Shown here: positions 51,578-60,494 of the stretch, piece by piece | Position numbering within the stretch: the stretch's first letter is position 1 | How the letters are laid out: each line of letters starts with the position of its first letter | From: Obrimoposthia wandeli | Lineage: Eukaryota | Direction: 5' to 3' | Length of the DNA: 64,000 bases | Assembly: GCA_977020255.1 (NCBI GenBank) | Contig: CDROCS010000137.1 | Location: 62,001 to 126,000 of the forward strand | The notes under the pieces: model-generated | Databases searched by the model: none | What the model saw: only the letters and a program-made list of their open reading frames with translations | Told to the model about the DNA's origin: nothing | Program-made: the position numbers and the translations under genes

Positions 51578-52125
51578 ATGCTACTTCACAATATCAAATT
51601 AGTGAATATTAATTACAAGGGAATGGTTGTAAGTAACATTCAACACTTACCATTTCGGACTTCGAAGCCTCATCAGTATCGACTCAAGTGTGAAGGTTAC
51701 ACTATTATCATTTTCAAATCTGGTAATTTATATTTACATTTATATATAATTCTAATTTAGGTACATGCAGAATAATGGGTTGCAAAACAGTGCTGGATGA
51801 AAGCAGTCTTCCTTTTTATATAAAAATCGAAAGAATCCAATCAATCAGTCTCAGCAGCAATCTAGAAACATCGATAAACCTAAACAAGATGAGCAAGAGT
51901 ATGGGATCAGAAGCTGTTTACGAGCCAGAAATCTTCCCGGGACTTCGATACGTCAAATACAATCCCCTATGCGTGAACATTTTTGCTAGCGGGAAGATTA
52001 TGATACTCGGTGTTAAATCTTTAAACTATGAGTATCTGATTGAATGTATTTTGTTTAATATAGATCTTCACACTTGTGTTATTTATTTCCTAAACCAAAT
52101 AGTTTTAAAAATAGATTTCTCTTAG
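51578..52125 (+). CDS. TATA-binding-protein-like protein, ~169 aa, two exons (51578-51722, 51761-52125)
   Basis: Removing the 38-bp GT-AG intron joins IIIFKSG-TCRIMG (TBP repeat 1, LIFSSGKMVCTG) to YEPEIFPGLRY...VNIFASGKIMILG (TBP repeat 2, YEPELFPGLIY...LIFVSGKVVLTG). Confidence 0.88.
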
Positions 52126-52325
52126 AGACAAAGACATCACATGTCATTACTTGCAAATAGTTGCAAATAGTTGTAATGTCGCAAAAGTTGTAATGTGGTC
52201 TAAAAATAGATTTATCTTAGAGACAAAGACATCACATGTCATTACTTGCAAATAGTTGCAAATAGTTGTAATGTTGCAAATAGTTGTAATGTGGTCTAAA
52301 AATAGATTTTTCATGGGTTATAAAC
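52126..52325 (+). promoter_or_regulatory. Tandem copies 2 and 3 of the ~70-90-bp upstream element plus TATAAAC box
   Basis: Direct repeats at 52126-52213 and 52221-52310; TATAAAC at 52319-52325, 25 nt before ATG 52351. Confidence 0.7.
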
Positions 52326-52350
52326 AATATTTGATTTGCTTTATCATAAA

Positions 52351-52594
52351 ATGGATGAAATTATTGAATGTAAAGAGGTTCAGGATGCATTAAAAGATCT
52401 TGCTTCAGTTATTCTCAATGCTTTAATTAGGAAAAATAATCATGAGTAATATTTATATGTAGTTTATTTAAATCTTTAGGTTACGTCATCAACTACATTT
52501 ACATGAGATGTTAAGTACAATGGAAAGGTTGAATAATACTCCAATCAAATCATATGATGAAACTGATGCTCCAATGAAATCAAACCTTGTTTAA
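52351..52594 (+). CDS. Small spliced hypothetical protein, 69 aa (exons 52351-52445, 52480-52594)
   Basis: Removing the 34-bp GTAATA...TTTAG intron restores the frame (MDEIIECKEVQDALKDLASVILNALIRKNNHE-LRHQLHLHEML...); unspliced, it stops at codon 33. Not in the ORF track. Confidence 0.55.
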
Positions 52595-52627
52595 TATATA
52601 AGACTAAATTGACTCGGAATTGATAAA

Positions 52628-52891
52628 ATGGAGAAAATCGATTCAGCACCAGAAGCAACATCATCGCCAGCAACAACATCATCAGTAACATCATCACCAC
52701 CAGCAACAACAACAACAGTTATAAGAAGAGAAGAAACTATTGATGAAGTGACGATAGAAGAAGAAATTATTATAGATCCAATTATTGAAGATAAGAGACG
52801 GATAGATTTTTTTAAATGCTTTGGCTTTTATGGAACCCATAATAGCTCATGCTTCGAGTATGGAAATGAAGCACATGACCCATCTTTTTGA
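52628..52891 (+). CDS. Ser/Thr-rich and acidic hypothetical protein with a Cys-containing C-terminus, 87 aa
   Basis: ORF with TATATAAG 25 nt upstream; no recognisable domain. Confidence 0.55.
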   Translation: MEKIDSAPEATSSPATTSSVTSSPPATTTTVIRREETIDEVTIEEEIIIDPIIEDKRRIDFFKCFGFYGTHNSSCFEYGNEAHDPSF

Positions 52892-53366
52892 TAGTTTGTT
52901 TAGTGCTAGATTTACTCAACTTAATGTAGAAAAGTTAAACAAAACCGCGATGAGTGAGATTTTAGTAAATCAATTATATATTGGTAATTATAGAGATGGG
53001 TTTGATGAAACTAATCTTTTGAACTCCAATTTCACTCATGTAATCAATACATCTATACTGGATAAAATATCTTATAAGAAATTAAAATATACTTCTGTCT
53101 TTGTAAACTCAAAATTAGGAGAAACAATAATGAAGTATTATAAACAGACTAATAATATAATTAAAGAAACTATCGAAAATGGTGGTAAGATTTTAGTATG
53201 TGGTCATTATGGTAGTTTACATGCTGCTTGCATTGTTATTGCATTTTTATCTCATTCGATTGGTGTTACTGCTGCTTCGAATCTTGTTAAAGCTAAACGG
53301 ACTATTGCTGCTCCTAATGAAGCTATGCTTCATCAAATACGTATTTTTAATCGTTATCATGTGTAA
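52821..53366 (+). CDS. Dual-specificity phosphatase-like protein with degenerate active site (true start probably 52860 or 52950)
   Basis: MSEILVNQLYIGN, FTHVIN, NGGKILV and KRTIAAPN are DSP hallmarks; the HCxxGxxRS loop is replaced by CGHYGSLHA. Confidence 0.85.
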   Translation: MAFMEPIIAHASSMEMKHMTHLFDSLFSARFTQLNVEKLNKTAMSEILVNQLYIGNYRDGFDETNLLNSNFTHVINTSILDKISYKKLKYTSVFVNSKLGETIMKYYKQTNNIIKETIENGGKILVCGHYGSLHAACIVIAFLSHSIGVTAASNLVKAKRTIAAPNEAMLHQIRIFNRYHV

Positions 53367-53533
53367 ATTTTATTCGTCTTTATCTTTAATCAGTATCTTT
53401 ATTAATCAGTGTTTTTATTAATCAGTGTCTTTATTAGTCAGTGTCTTTAGTGTCTTTATTAGTCTTTATTAACCAATCAGATTTCAGGTGTATAGTATAT
53501 AAGCAGATTACTTTTTACTTCTTCATCATCATT

Positions 53534-53815
53534 ATGTCTACTCCAAACTATTTCAAGCAAGATGTTGACAAGGCGGTGAAGAGCTTCATTTCGAAGAATG
53601 TCATAGAACCAGATGTCCTGCAACTCATTGATGTCTCAAATCTACCCCTAGAGGAGCACGTAAGAAGAATGGTGCACGACAAGGCAGTCAATCTTCTCAT
53701 TCAGGGATACAATCAGAAGAAACTCGCAAACAAAGAAGAGAAAAGAAGCTTTTTCTACGAGAAGAGTTTTTTATTGTTTGTTGCTGGATGTTTCGTAATA
53801 AAATATTTTAAATAG
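53534..53815 (+). CDS. Hypothetical protein with C-terminal hydrophobic segment (MSTPNYF...FLLFVAGCFVIKYFK), 93 aa
   Basis: CCAATCAG (53473) and TATATAAG (53496) upstream place the start at 53534; candidate tail anchor. Confidence 0.7.
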   Translation: MSTPNYFKQDVDKAVKSFISKNVIEPDVLQLIDVSNLPLEEHVRRMVHDKAVNLLIQGYNQKKLANKEEKRSFFYEKSFLLFVAGCFVIKYFK

Positions 53816-53858
53816 TTTTGTCTTATAAACATTATCCCGATAATTTAATATTTTTAAT

Positions 53859-54509
53859 ATGAACTTAAAAAATAATTCAGTTTTTCAGATTGTAGGTCCT
53901 AGTGGTAGTGGGAAAACACATTTTGTATGTAAATTACTGCAAAATAATAAATACTTTAGTTTTAAGTTTAATAAAATATACTGGCATCAGGGAGGAGATG
54001 GAGAAGCTGGGTTAACCAGTAAAGAGTTTAAGAAAATCAAAAATATAAAAGTCATTAATGGATTCGATGATAATTGGTCTGAGCGATTACAACGACATGA
54101 TGTTATTGTTATTGATGATTTATATCAAGAAGCAAATAAAGAGAGTGATTTCAATAATTTATTCATTAAAATAGCACGACATCGGGAAGTAACTGTTATT
54201 TTCATCACACAAAATCTATTTCATCAAGGAGGGAACCATAGAACTCGTAATTTAAATGTACATTACCTTGTTCTCTTCAAGAATCCACGTGATCAGACGG
54301 TTGTTGATTTTGTTTCAAGACAAGCTTACCCGAATAATAGAAAGTTTTTAATTGATTCATTTCAAGATGCAACTACTATTCCTCATGGATACATTTTTAT
54401 TGATTTTACTCAAGATTGTCCCGATGACTTTAGAGTTAGAACTGATGTATTCAATCCATCGGGAATAACCCTCTATAAACAAACAAAGAAACCAGTTTTG
54501 AGAAGATGA
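53859..54509 (+). CDS. A32/FtsK-like genome-packaging ATPase
   Basis: Walker A GPSGSGKT, Walker B IVIDD, RH...IFITQNLF motif. Confidence 0.96.
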   Translation: MNLKNNSVFQIVGPSGSGKTHFVCKLLQNNKYFSFKFNKIYWHQGGDGEAGLTSKEFKKIKNIKVINGFDDNWSERLQRHDVIVIDDLYQEANKESDFNNLFIKIARHREVTVIFITQNLFHQGGNHRTRNLNVHYLVLFKNPRDQTVVDFVSRQAYPNNRKFLIDSFQDATTIPHGYIFIDFTQDCPDDFRVRTDVFNPSGITLYKQTKKPVLRR

Positions 54510-54928
54510 ATTTTAAAAAGGAAACTGTTAAACCCGAAGTTAAAAAATTGATTAAATCAGTTTTAAGTGCAAGGAAAATGGTTGCTCAAAAATCGAAAAG
54601 AACTGTTGTTAAGAAATCTAGGAGTATTGCCTATTTCAATTCTCTCATGCGTGCACCTGCTATTCGCCGCCCAGCTATTCTTAAATCATTCCCTACTTTT
54701 GTAATTGATGATTTACTTAATATGATACAGAAAATAGTTTCTGGTAAAATAATTGTCAAGGCTAACCTGAATCGGCATAAGAAACCTCTACTTGCTATGT
54801 TTCATGCCAAAACACGAATCGGTAAACGTAAGTTGCTTTATAAGCAAAGTGGTGGATTTTTAGGATTTCTCGTACCAATTATTAGCTCAATAGTTGGTGC
54901 ACTTGCTAGTAGACTAATTAACCGATGA
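54506..54928 (+). CDS. Basic Maverick virion protein with C-terminal QSGG + amphipathic helix (FLGFLVPIISSIVGALASRL)
   Basis: C-terminal GGFL..L..I motif typical of small Polinton structural proteins; ATGA overlap with the ATPase stop. Confidence 0.8.
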   Translation: MNFKKETVKPEVKKLIKSVLSARKMVAQKSKRTVVKKSRSIAYFNSLMRAPAIRRPAILKSFPTFVIDDLLNMIQKIVSGKIIVKANLNRHKKPLLAMFHAKTRIGKRKLLYKQSGGFLGFLVPIISSIVGALASRLINR

Positions 54929-54945
54929 TTATAAACATAAATTCG

Positions 54946-56443
54946 AATCAATAATATGAATTTATATATGGGATCACTTCCATCTATTCCTAAATTCAAT
55001 TTAAAAAGCAAATCTTCTTGCTGCAATGGAGAAAATATGGTTCGATCCAAGTCATCCCGTTGGTTACACAGGGGTTTCAAAATTAGCAAAAGAGTCAAAG
55101 AAGACAAAGCAGGAAACTCAAGCGTGGTTGAGAAATCAATTAGCTTACAGCTTAAACAAACCAATGAGACGTCGGTTCCCAACGAGATCATACAAGACTA
55201 GTGGACCTAATGATTTATGGCAAGCAGATTTGATGGAAATGATTCCGTATGCTAGTATTAACAACGGATATCGATATATTTTAACTTGTGTTGATGTCTT
55301 TAGCAGATTCGCGCGAGCTATTCCATTAAAGTCTAAGTCTGGTACCGATGTTTTAACCGCAATGAAGCTTTTGATTAAAGAAATAAAACCAAGAAATTTC
55401 CAAACGGATAGTGGAAAGGAGTTTTATAATACACATGTTGAAACACTATTGAAAAAACATAATATTAATCATTACTCAGTATTTTCCCAATATAAAGCCG
55501 CTTTAGTTGAACGTTTTAATCGAACATTGAGAGATCGTTTGAAAAAGTATTTCACAAAGCAGGGAAATAAGTCCAGGGTCACTGTTTTACCTCAAATAAT
55601 ACATGCATACAATCATAGTGAACACTCATCATTAGACCGAAAGAGACCCGTTGATGTTACAGATGAGAATGCTATGGAAATTTGGCAACGCCGTAATCAA
55701 TAATATGAATTTATATATGGGATCACTTCCATCTATTCCTAAATTCAATTTAAAAAGCAAATCTTCTTGCTGCAATGGAGAAAATATGGTTCGATCCAAG
55801 TCATCCCGTTGGTTACACAGGGGTTTCAAAATTAGCAAAAGAGTCAAAGAAGACAAAGCAGGAAACTCAAGCGTGGTTGAGAAATCAATTAGCTTACAGC
55901 TTAAACAAACCAATGAGACGTCGGTTCCCAACGAGATCATACAAGACTAGTGGACCTAATGATTTATGGCAAGCAGATTTGATGGAAATGATTCCGTATG
56001 CTAGTATTAACAACGGATATCGATATATTTTAACTTGTGTTGATGTCTTTAGCAGATTCGCGCGAGCTATTCCATTAAAGTCTAAGTCTGGTACCGATGT
56101 TTTAACCGCAATGAAGCTTTTGATTAAAGAAATAAAACCAAGAAATTTCCAAACGGATAGTGGAAAGGAGTTTTATAATACACATGTTGAAACACTATTG
56201 AAAAAACATAATATTAATCATTACTCAGTATTTTCCCAATATAAAGCCGCTTTAGTTGAACGTTTTAATCGAACATTGAGAGATCGTTTGAAAAAGTATT
56301 TCACAAAGCAGGGAAATAAGTCCAGGGTCACTGTTTTACCTCAAATAATACATGCATACAATCATAGTGAACACTCATCATTAGACCGAAAGAGACCCGT
56401 TGATGTTACAGATGAGAATGCTATGGAAATTTGGCAACGCCGT
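54946..56443 (+). repeat. 749-bp tandem duplication (54946-55694 / 55695-56443) of the integrase 5' region
   Basis: The copies appear identical; junction microhomology AATCAA/AACCAA. Confidence 0.95.
55026..55703 (+). pseudogene. int: Truncated duplicate of the integrase (catalytic core only, 225 aa)
   Basis: Identical to the first ~224 aa of 55775..56803; stops just after the duplication junction. Confidence 0.9.
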
Positions 56444-56803
56444 AACCAAAGTCAAGTTGCGCGGAAACCCAAGTATAAAGTTGGTGATTATGTACGTATT
56501 TCTCAAATTAGTACTATTCCTTTTATAAAGAATTTCAAAGAGAATTGGAGCGATGAAGTATTTCGTATAACTAAAATTGATAATAAACGTATGCCGGTAA
56601 TGTATTTCATTGAGGATGAAACCAATAATGTAATCACGGGTAAATTTTATCATGAGGAATTACAAGTCTTGCCTGAGAAACCGAATGTATATAGAATCCA
56701 AGAAATTTTAGAGACAAAAGGTAGAGGAAAGCATAAACAATATCATGTTAAGTGGCATGGATATACTGAACCTAGTTGGATATTAGCTTCTCAAATAGAA
56801 TGA
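55775..56803 (+). CDS. int: Retroviral-like (c-INT) DDE integrase with C-terminal chromodomain, 342 aa
   Basis: WQADL, QTDSGKEF and VERFNRTL (D,D,E); Y.I..IL...Y.VKW.GY chromodomain. Confidence 0.97.
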   Translation: MEKIWFDPSHPVGYTGVSKLAKESKKTKQETQAWLRNQLAYSLNKPMRRRFPTRSYKTSGPNDLWQADLMEMIPYASINNGYRYILTCVDVFSRFARAIPLKSKSGTDVLTAMKLLIKEIKPRNFQTDSGKEFYNTHVETLLKKHNINHYSVFSQYKAALVERFNRTLRDRLKKYFTKQGNKSRVTVLPQIIHAYNHSEHSSLDRKRPVDVTDENAMEIWQRRNQSQVARKPKYKVGDYVRISQISTIPFIKNFKENWSDEVFRITKIDNKRMPVMYFIEDETNNVITGKFYHEELQVLPEKPNVYRIQEILETKGRGKHKQYHVKWHGYTEPSWILASQIE

Positions 56804-57821
56804 ACTCAATGTATGTTGTATTACCAAGTAATGGTTCGCCATTAACTCAGCCGAATAATACTGCTAATAGTTTTAGTATTGATTATCAAAGCTCAATCAA
56901 TTTACCTGGTAGTTGGGAAGCTGCTCTTACGGAATTTTCTTTCAATTACTCTCCTCTATCTATTCAAAGTGAAACTGAGATTGAATATATTACCCAACGT
57001 GAAGCTGATAAAGTAACTGATGTGACTTTACTATTTGATAAGGGTCAAATGGATTTGGCTCGTATTAAGGCTGGCAATGATTTCACAATCTTTTTAAATA
57101 AAGAGAATCGAATTCAAATTATGGGAAAAGGGGATAATTTTGAAATAGTTTTTAATGATGAAATTGTTGCAGAACAATATGGATTTCCGCCTAACGTTGA
57201 AAAAGGAAAGCATGCAGTTTCAAAAATTATGGATAATCATGTCAAGTATCCGATAATTACATTCAAGATAAAAAACAGATTCGTTAAACGCGAGAGGAAA
57301 ATATATTCAGTTCTCAATGATTTTCTTTTTGCCGATAGCAAAAGTATGTGTAAACATTTTAAAACAGTGTTACCAAATGTATTTGAAAACTTTAAACTAG
57401 TTAATAAATTGATTCATTTCAAATTGAAATCCAATATTGATAAAATCATCATGGATAAATCATTAGCCTCAATTATCGGTTTTGATGAAAATGAATTTGA
57501 AAATAAAAATGAGGTTTTCAAAGCAAAGATTATTCCTAAAATGACTAATGCATATAATCAGATTTATATCTACACGAGTATTACCGAACCAATATTCGTA
57601 GGAGGAAGGAAACTTCCCTAATTAAAGCAATTTGGGTTCAACAGGAAAAGCACAAGTATGGTGATGTTATACATATTCCAATTGAAAATCCAATGTATAT
57701 TCCCGTGAGTTCTTCTTCTATAAACAATATTGAAGTTAATATACGTAATGATTCTGGAAGATTAATTACATTTGCTTACGGAGCTAAAACAAGTTTAACG
57801 GTTCATTTTCGTAAATTATGA
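56800..57821 (+). CDS. Minor capsid (penton-like) protein, frameshifted at CCC 57616-57618
   Basis: YVVLPSN...NT.NSF...I.L.G.WEAAL N-terminus; adding one C restores ..PLIKAI...NPMYIPV...IEVNIRNDSG..TVHFRK*, the typical C-terminus. Confidence 0.88.
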
Positions 57822-58180
57822 TTGATTCAAGTATAATCGATGCATATAGTAAACCGATGCAAGGAGGTGATTTGCCTTATTTTACCGGAAAACAGTATGG
57901 ATCAGGATGGATGAAGGTTTTTGGTCGCTTTGCTTTCCCACTACTCAAGCGACTCGAGAAATTTATTGCTAATGTTGGATCAAAATACTTGTCAAGTGAT
58001 GAGAAATTTCTTCCCACACTAAAGGAAGCAGCCTTGGATCAGGTGAATGAAATTTCACCAAGTCTAGCTGAATTTTTGAAAAAGAAAACTCAAAAGGGAA
58101 GTGGTTATAAACGTAAGAAAACATCTAAAGCATTGGGTATAAACAAACGTTTGAAAATAGGTGGAACAATTTTTAAGTAA
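57818..58180 (+). CDS. Small virion protein with MQGG/QYGSG motifs and an amphipathic helix (candidate membrane-penetration protein), 120 aa
   Basis: QYGSGWMKVFGRFAFPLLKRL motif and position between mCP and MCP are typical of Polintons; function is inference. Confidence 0.8.
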   Translation: MIDSSIIDAYSKPMQGGDLPYFTGKQYGSGWMKVFGRFAFPLLKRLEKFIANVGSKYLSSDEKFLPTLKEAALDQVNEISPSLAEFLKKKTQKGSGYKRKKTSKALGINKRLKIGGTIFK

Positions 58181-59408
58181 TGAGTTGTGCTAAAACTGAA
58201 TTGTGTATATTCGATAAACCTATACCTCAGGTTGTGGTTGATAGTGCTAGTTTTGAAGAAATATTTCCGACAAATACGGTTAATGGGACATCTTCTCCGG
58301 ATTTAGAATTCAATATTAATGGATCCAATACTCAATATCTTGATTTGAATGATAGTTTATTTCTCGTTAAATTGAAAGTTACAAAGGAAGGTGGAGGTGA
58401 TTTGGATGATGGTATGGATATCAAATCAGCTAATTACATGTTGCATACTCTTTTCAAGGATGTGATTCTCAGTCTCAATAATGTGAAAGTTGAGGGAAAT
58501 AATACTAGCTACACTCATAAAGCAATGATTGAAACATTGTTGAATTACGGTAATGATACGAAATTGATTAATCTTGATGCAATTGGGTTTGACAATGATG
58601 AAAAAGAAGAATTGCTTCGATTGCAAAGTCTAAAGTATTGTCACTTTGTGGGAGTCTCCATTTGGATTTCTTTAAGCAACCAAAGTATCTTTTACCCGGT
58701 GTAAGTGCACATATTCGAATGAAGAGAAATCCAGTAGGTTTTAGTGTTGTTTGCGCTGATACTATTAAAACCGCAATTGAGATTACGGAAGCAAAACTGC
58801 TGGTTCGAAGAGTAAAGGTGGAACCATCTGTACTTGTTGCACATCGAATGGAGTTGGAGAAGCAAAATGCATGTTATCCTATTAGAAAAACTAATCTTGT
58901 TTCTCACGCTATCCCTACGGGAGCACTATCTTATTACAAGGATCAGATTTTTGGTGATATGCAACTTCCAAACTTTGTTTTAATTGCTTTCCAAAACACT
59001 TCTACCTATGGAGGTGAGTCTAAAAATGAGGTTTCTCAATTTGGACACATGAATGTGAGTTCAATTAAACTTGCACGAAATATTGATTATCAAGAATCTT
59101 ATACGAATGACTTTGAAAACGATGATTATGTGTTTTCTTATGTGCAATCTTTAATTAGAAATCTTGGTCATTTGGATAAGGATGCTAATATTGGAATTTC
59201 AATGACTGATTTCAAGGACAAGTATACACTGTTCACATTTGTTCTCTCTCCTGATTTCGATATTAATCAAGCTCAAATACCTAAACAGGGAAATTTGAAA
59301 GTAGAAATCAAGTTTTCAAAAGCACTTGAACATCCTACTAATATTATAATCTATGGAGTATTCGATTCTGAGGTTCAAATTACCAAGGGAGGAACAGTAC
59401 TAGTATAA
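58180..59408 (+). CDS. Major capsid protein (double jelly-roll, PY family), frameshifted at A5 58601-58605
   Basis: K.EL.IF...Q, LEF.I, YLDL.DS, LF....L.LN, YxHKAxIETLLNY, LHLDFF.Q.KYLLPGV and F.LSPD motifs; adding one A gives DEKRRIASIAKSK. Confidence 0.92.
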
Positions 59409-59439
59409 ACAGAATGAAAACAATAAAGAAAATATATAA

Positions 59440-59816
59440 ATGAAGTAAGTCAGTTTGAATTTATTAATTAATATATATTCTAGTTCAGACGAGATAACAA
59501 AAGCGGAAGAAAACTACTCGGTTCGCGTTTCAATGGAGTCTACAGCCTTGATCACATCCCCTCTTTGACTCGACTAGGTGGATATGTAATCAATACACAT
59601 TCATCTAATTTGCGTGGTGAACATTGGATTGCAATACATGTTAAAGAAAATGAAATCTTTGTTTTTGACCCCTTTGGGATATATTACCCTTCTAAATTAG
59701 TATCTACAGTACTTGATTCTGGAAAGAAAGTATATTTTAGTAAGAAACATTATCAAAATGTTTTAATACAGTCATGTGGACAACTCTGTCTGCTTTGGTT
59801 AAAGCATAAACAATAG
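59440..59816 (+). CDS. Adenain-like cysteine protease with a short first intron (donor 59445)
   Basis: GEHW, FDPFG and Q..CG triad. Acceptor 59483 gives MNSDEITKA and needs a 1-nt fix at GG 59505; acceptor 59488 gives an open frame (MKRDNKSG). Confidence 0.9.
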
Positions 59817-59853
59817 ATATAAACAATATCAAATAAAATTACTGCTATAAAAA

Positions 59854-60363
59854 ATGTCTGTTTATTTTATTGATTTTGAAGCTTTTATTGATAATAATAC
59901 TGAATTTGTAATAAAAGAACTATGTATAATGGATGTGGATGCAATCTTCTATCCTAAACATTATGTTTTTAAAATGCAACCCATATGGGACATGATGAAT
60001 AGAAAATCAAGAAAAATAAATAGATATCTCATTAAGCATTACCATCAACTAAAACTAGTTGATGGTAATAGTTATTTCAAGATACAAGAAATAACTGAGG
60101 AAATAAAACGTTGTTGTGATGTATCCAAATCAATTTTCTATGTTTTGGATGAAAATAATGGAGCTAAAATAAAGACAATCAATAAATATTTTCCTGAATT
60201 TAGAGTGATAAATTACTCGAAAACATTAAAACAATTAAATCCATCAAATATCAATTGTCCATATATAAAACATGGCGAGCATTGTGCATACAAGAAATGC
60301 TTTGCAGCTAGTTTGGATTATTTAAATATTAATGAAAATTCAACTACTCACATCTGTCAGTAA
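59854..60363 (+). CDS. DEDD-like exonuclease-fold protein common in Polintons, 169 aa
   Basis: FIDFEAF...FVIKEL N-terminus and C..H.EHCA C-terminus; TATAAAC 29 nt upstream. Confidence 0.7.
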   Translation: MSVYFIDFEAFIDNNTEFVIKELCIMDVDAIFYPKHYVFKMQPIWDMMNRKSRKINRYLIKHYHQLKLVDGNSYFKIQEITEEIKRCCDVSKSIFYVLDENNGAKIKTINKYFPEFRVINYSKTLKQLNPSNINCPYIKHGEHCAYKKCFAASLDYLNINENSTTHICQ

Positions 60364-60410
60364 ACTATTCTGTTTTAAATTAATCTGGTTGGTTTAAATA
60401 ATGTATGAAT

Positions 60411-60448
60411 CTGATTGGCTTAATACTAGTTCGAAAATAGTATATAAG
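60411..60448 (+). promoter_or_regulatory. Putative polB promoter: inverted CCAAT box (CTGATTGG) and TATATAAG
   Basis: The same motif pair (CCAATCAG + TATATAAG) precedes the ORF at 53534. Confidence 0.55.
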
Positions 60449-60494
60449 CAAGCATCAATCAACAAATAATCCCCTATTATAAACGAAATTGAAA

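Noticed and set aside
54956-55201. 81-aa ORF (and its 99-aa duplicate) overlapping the integrase start
   Set aside because: Alternative frame with no recognisable domain; at most a uORF, and its second copy is a by-product of the duplication.
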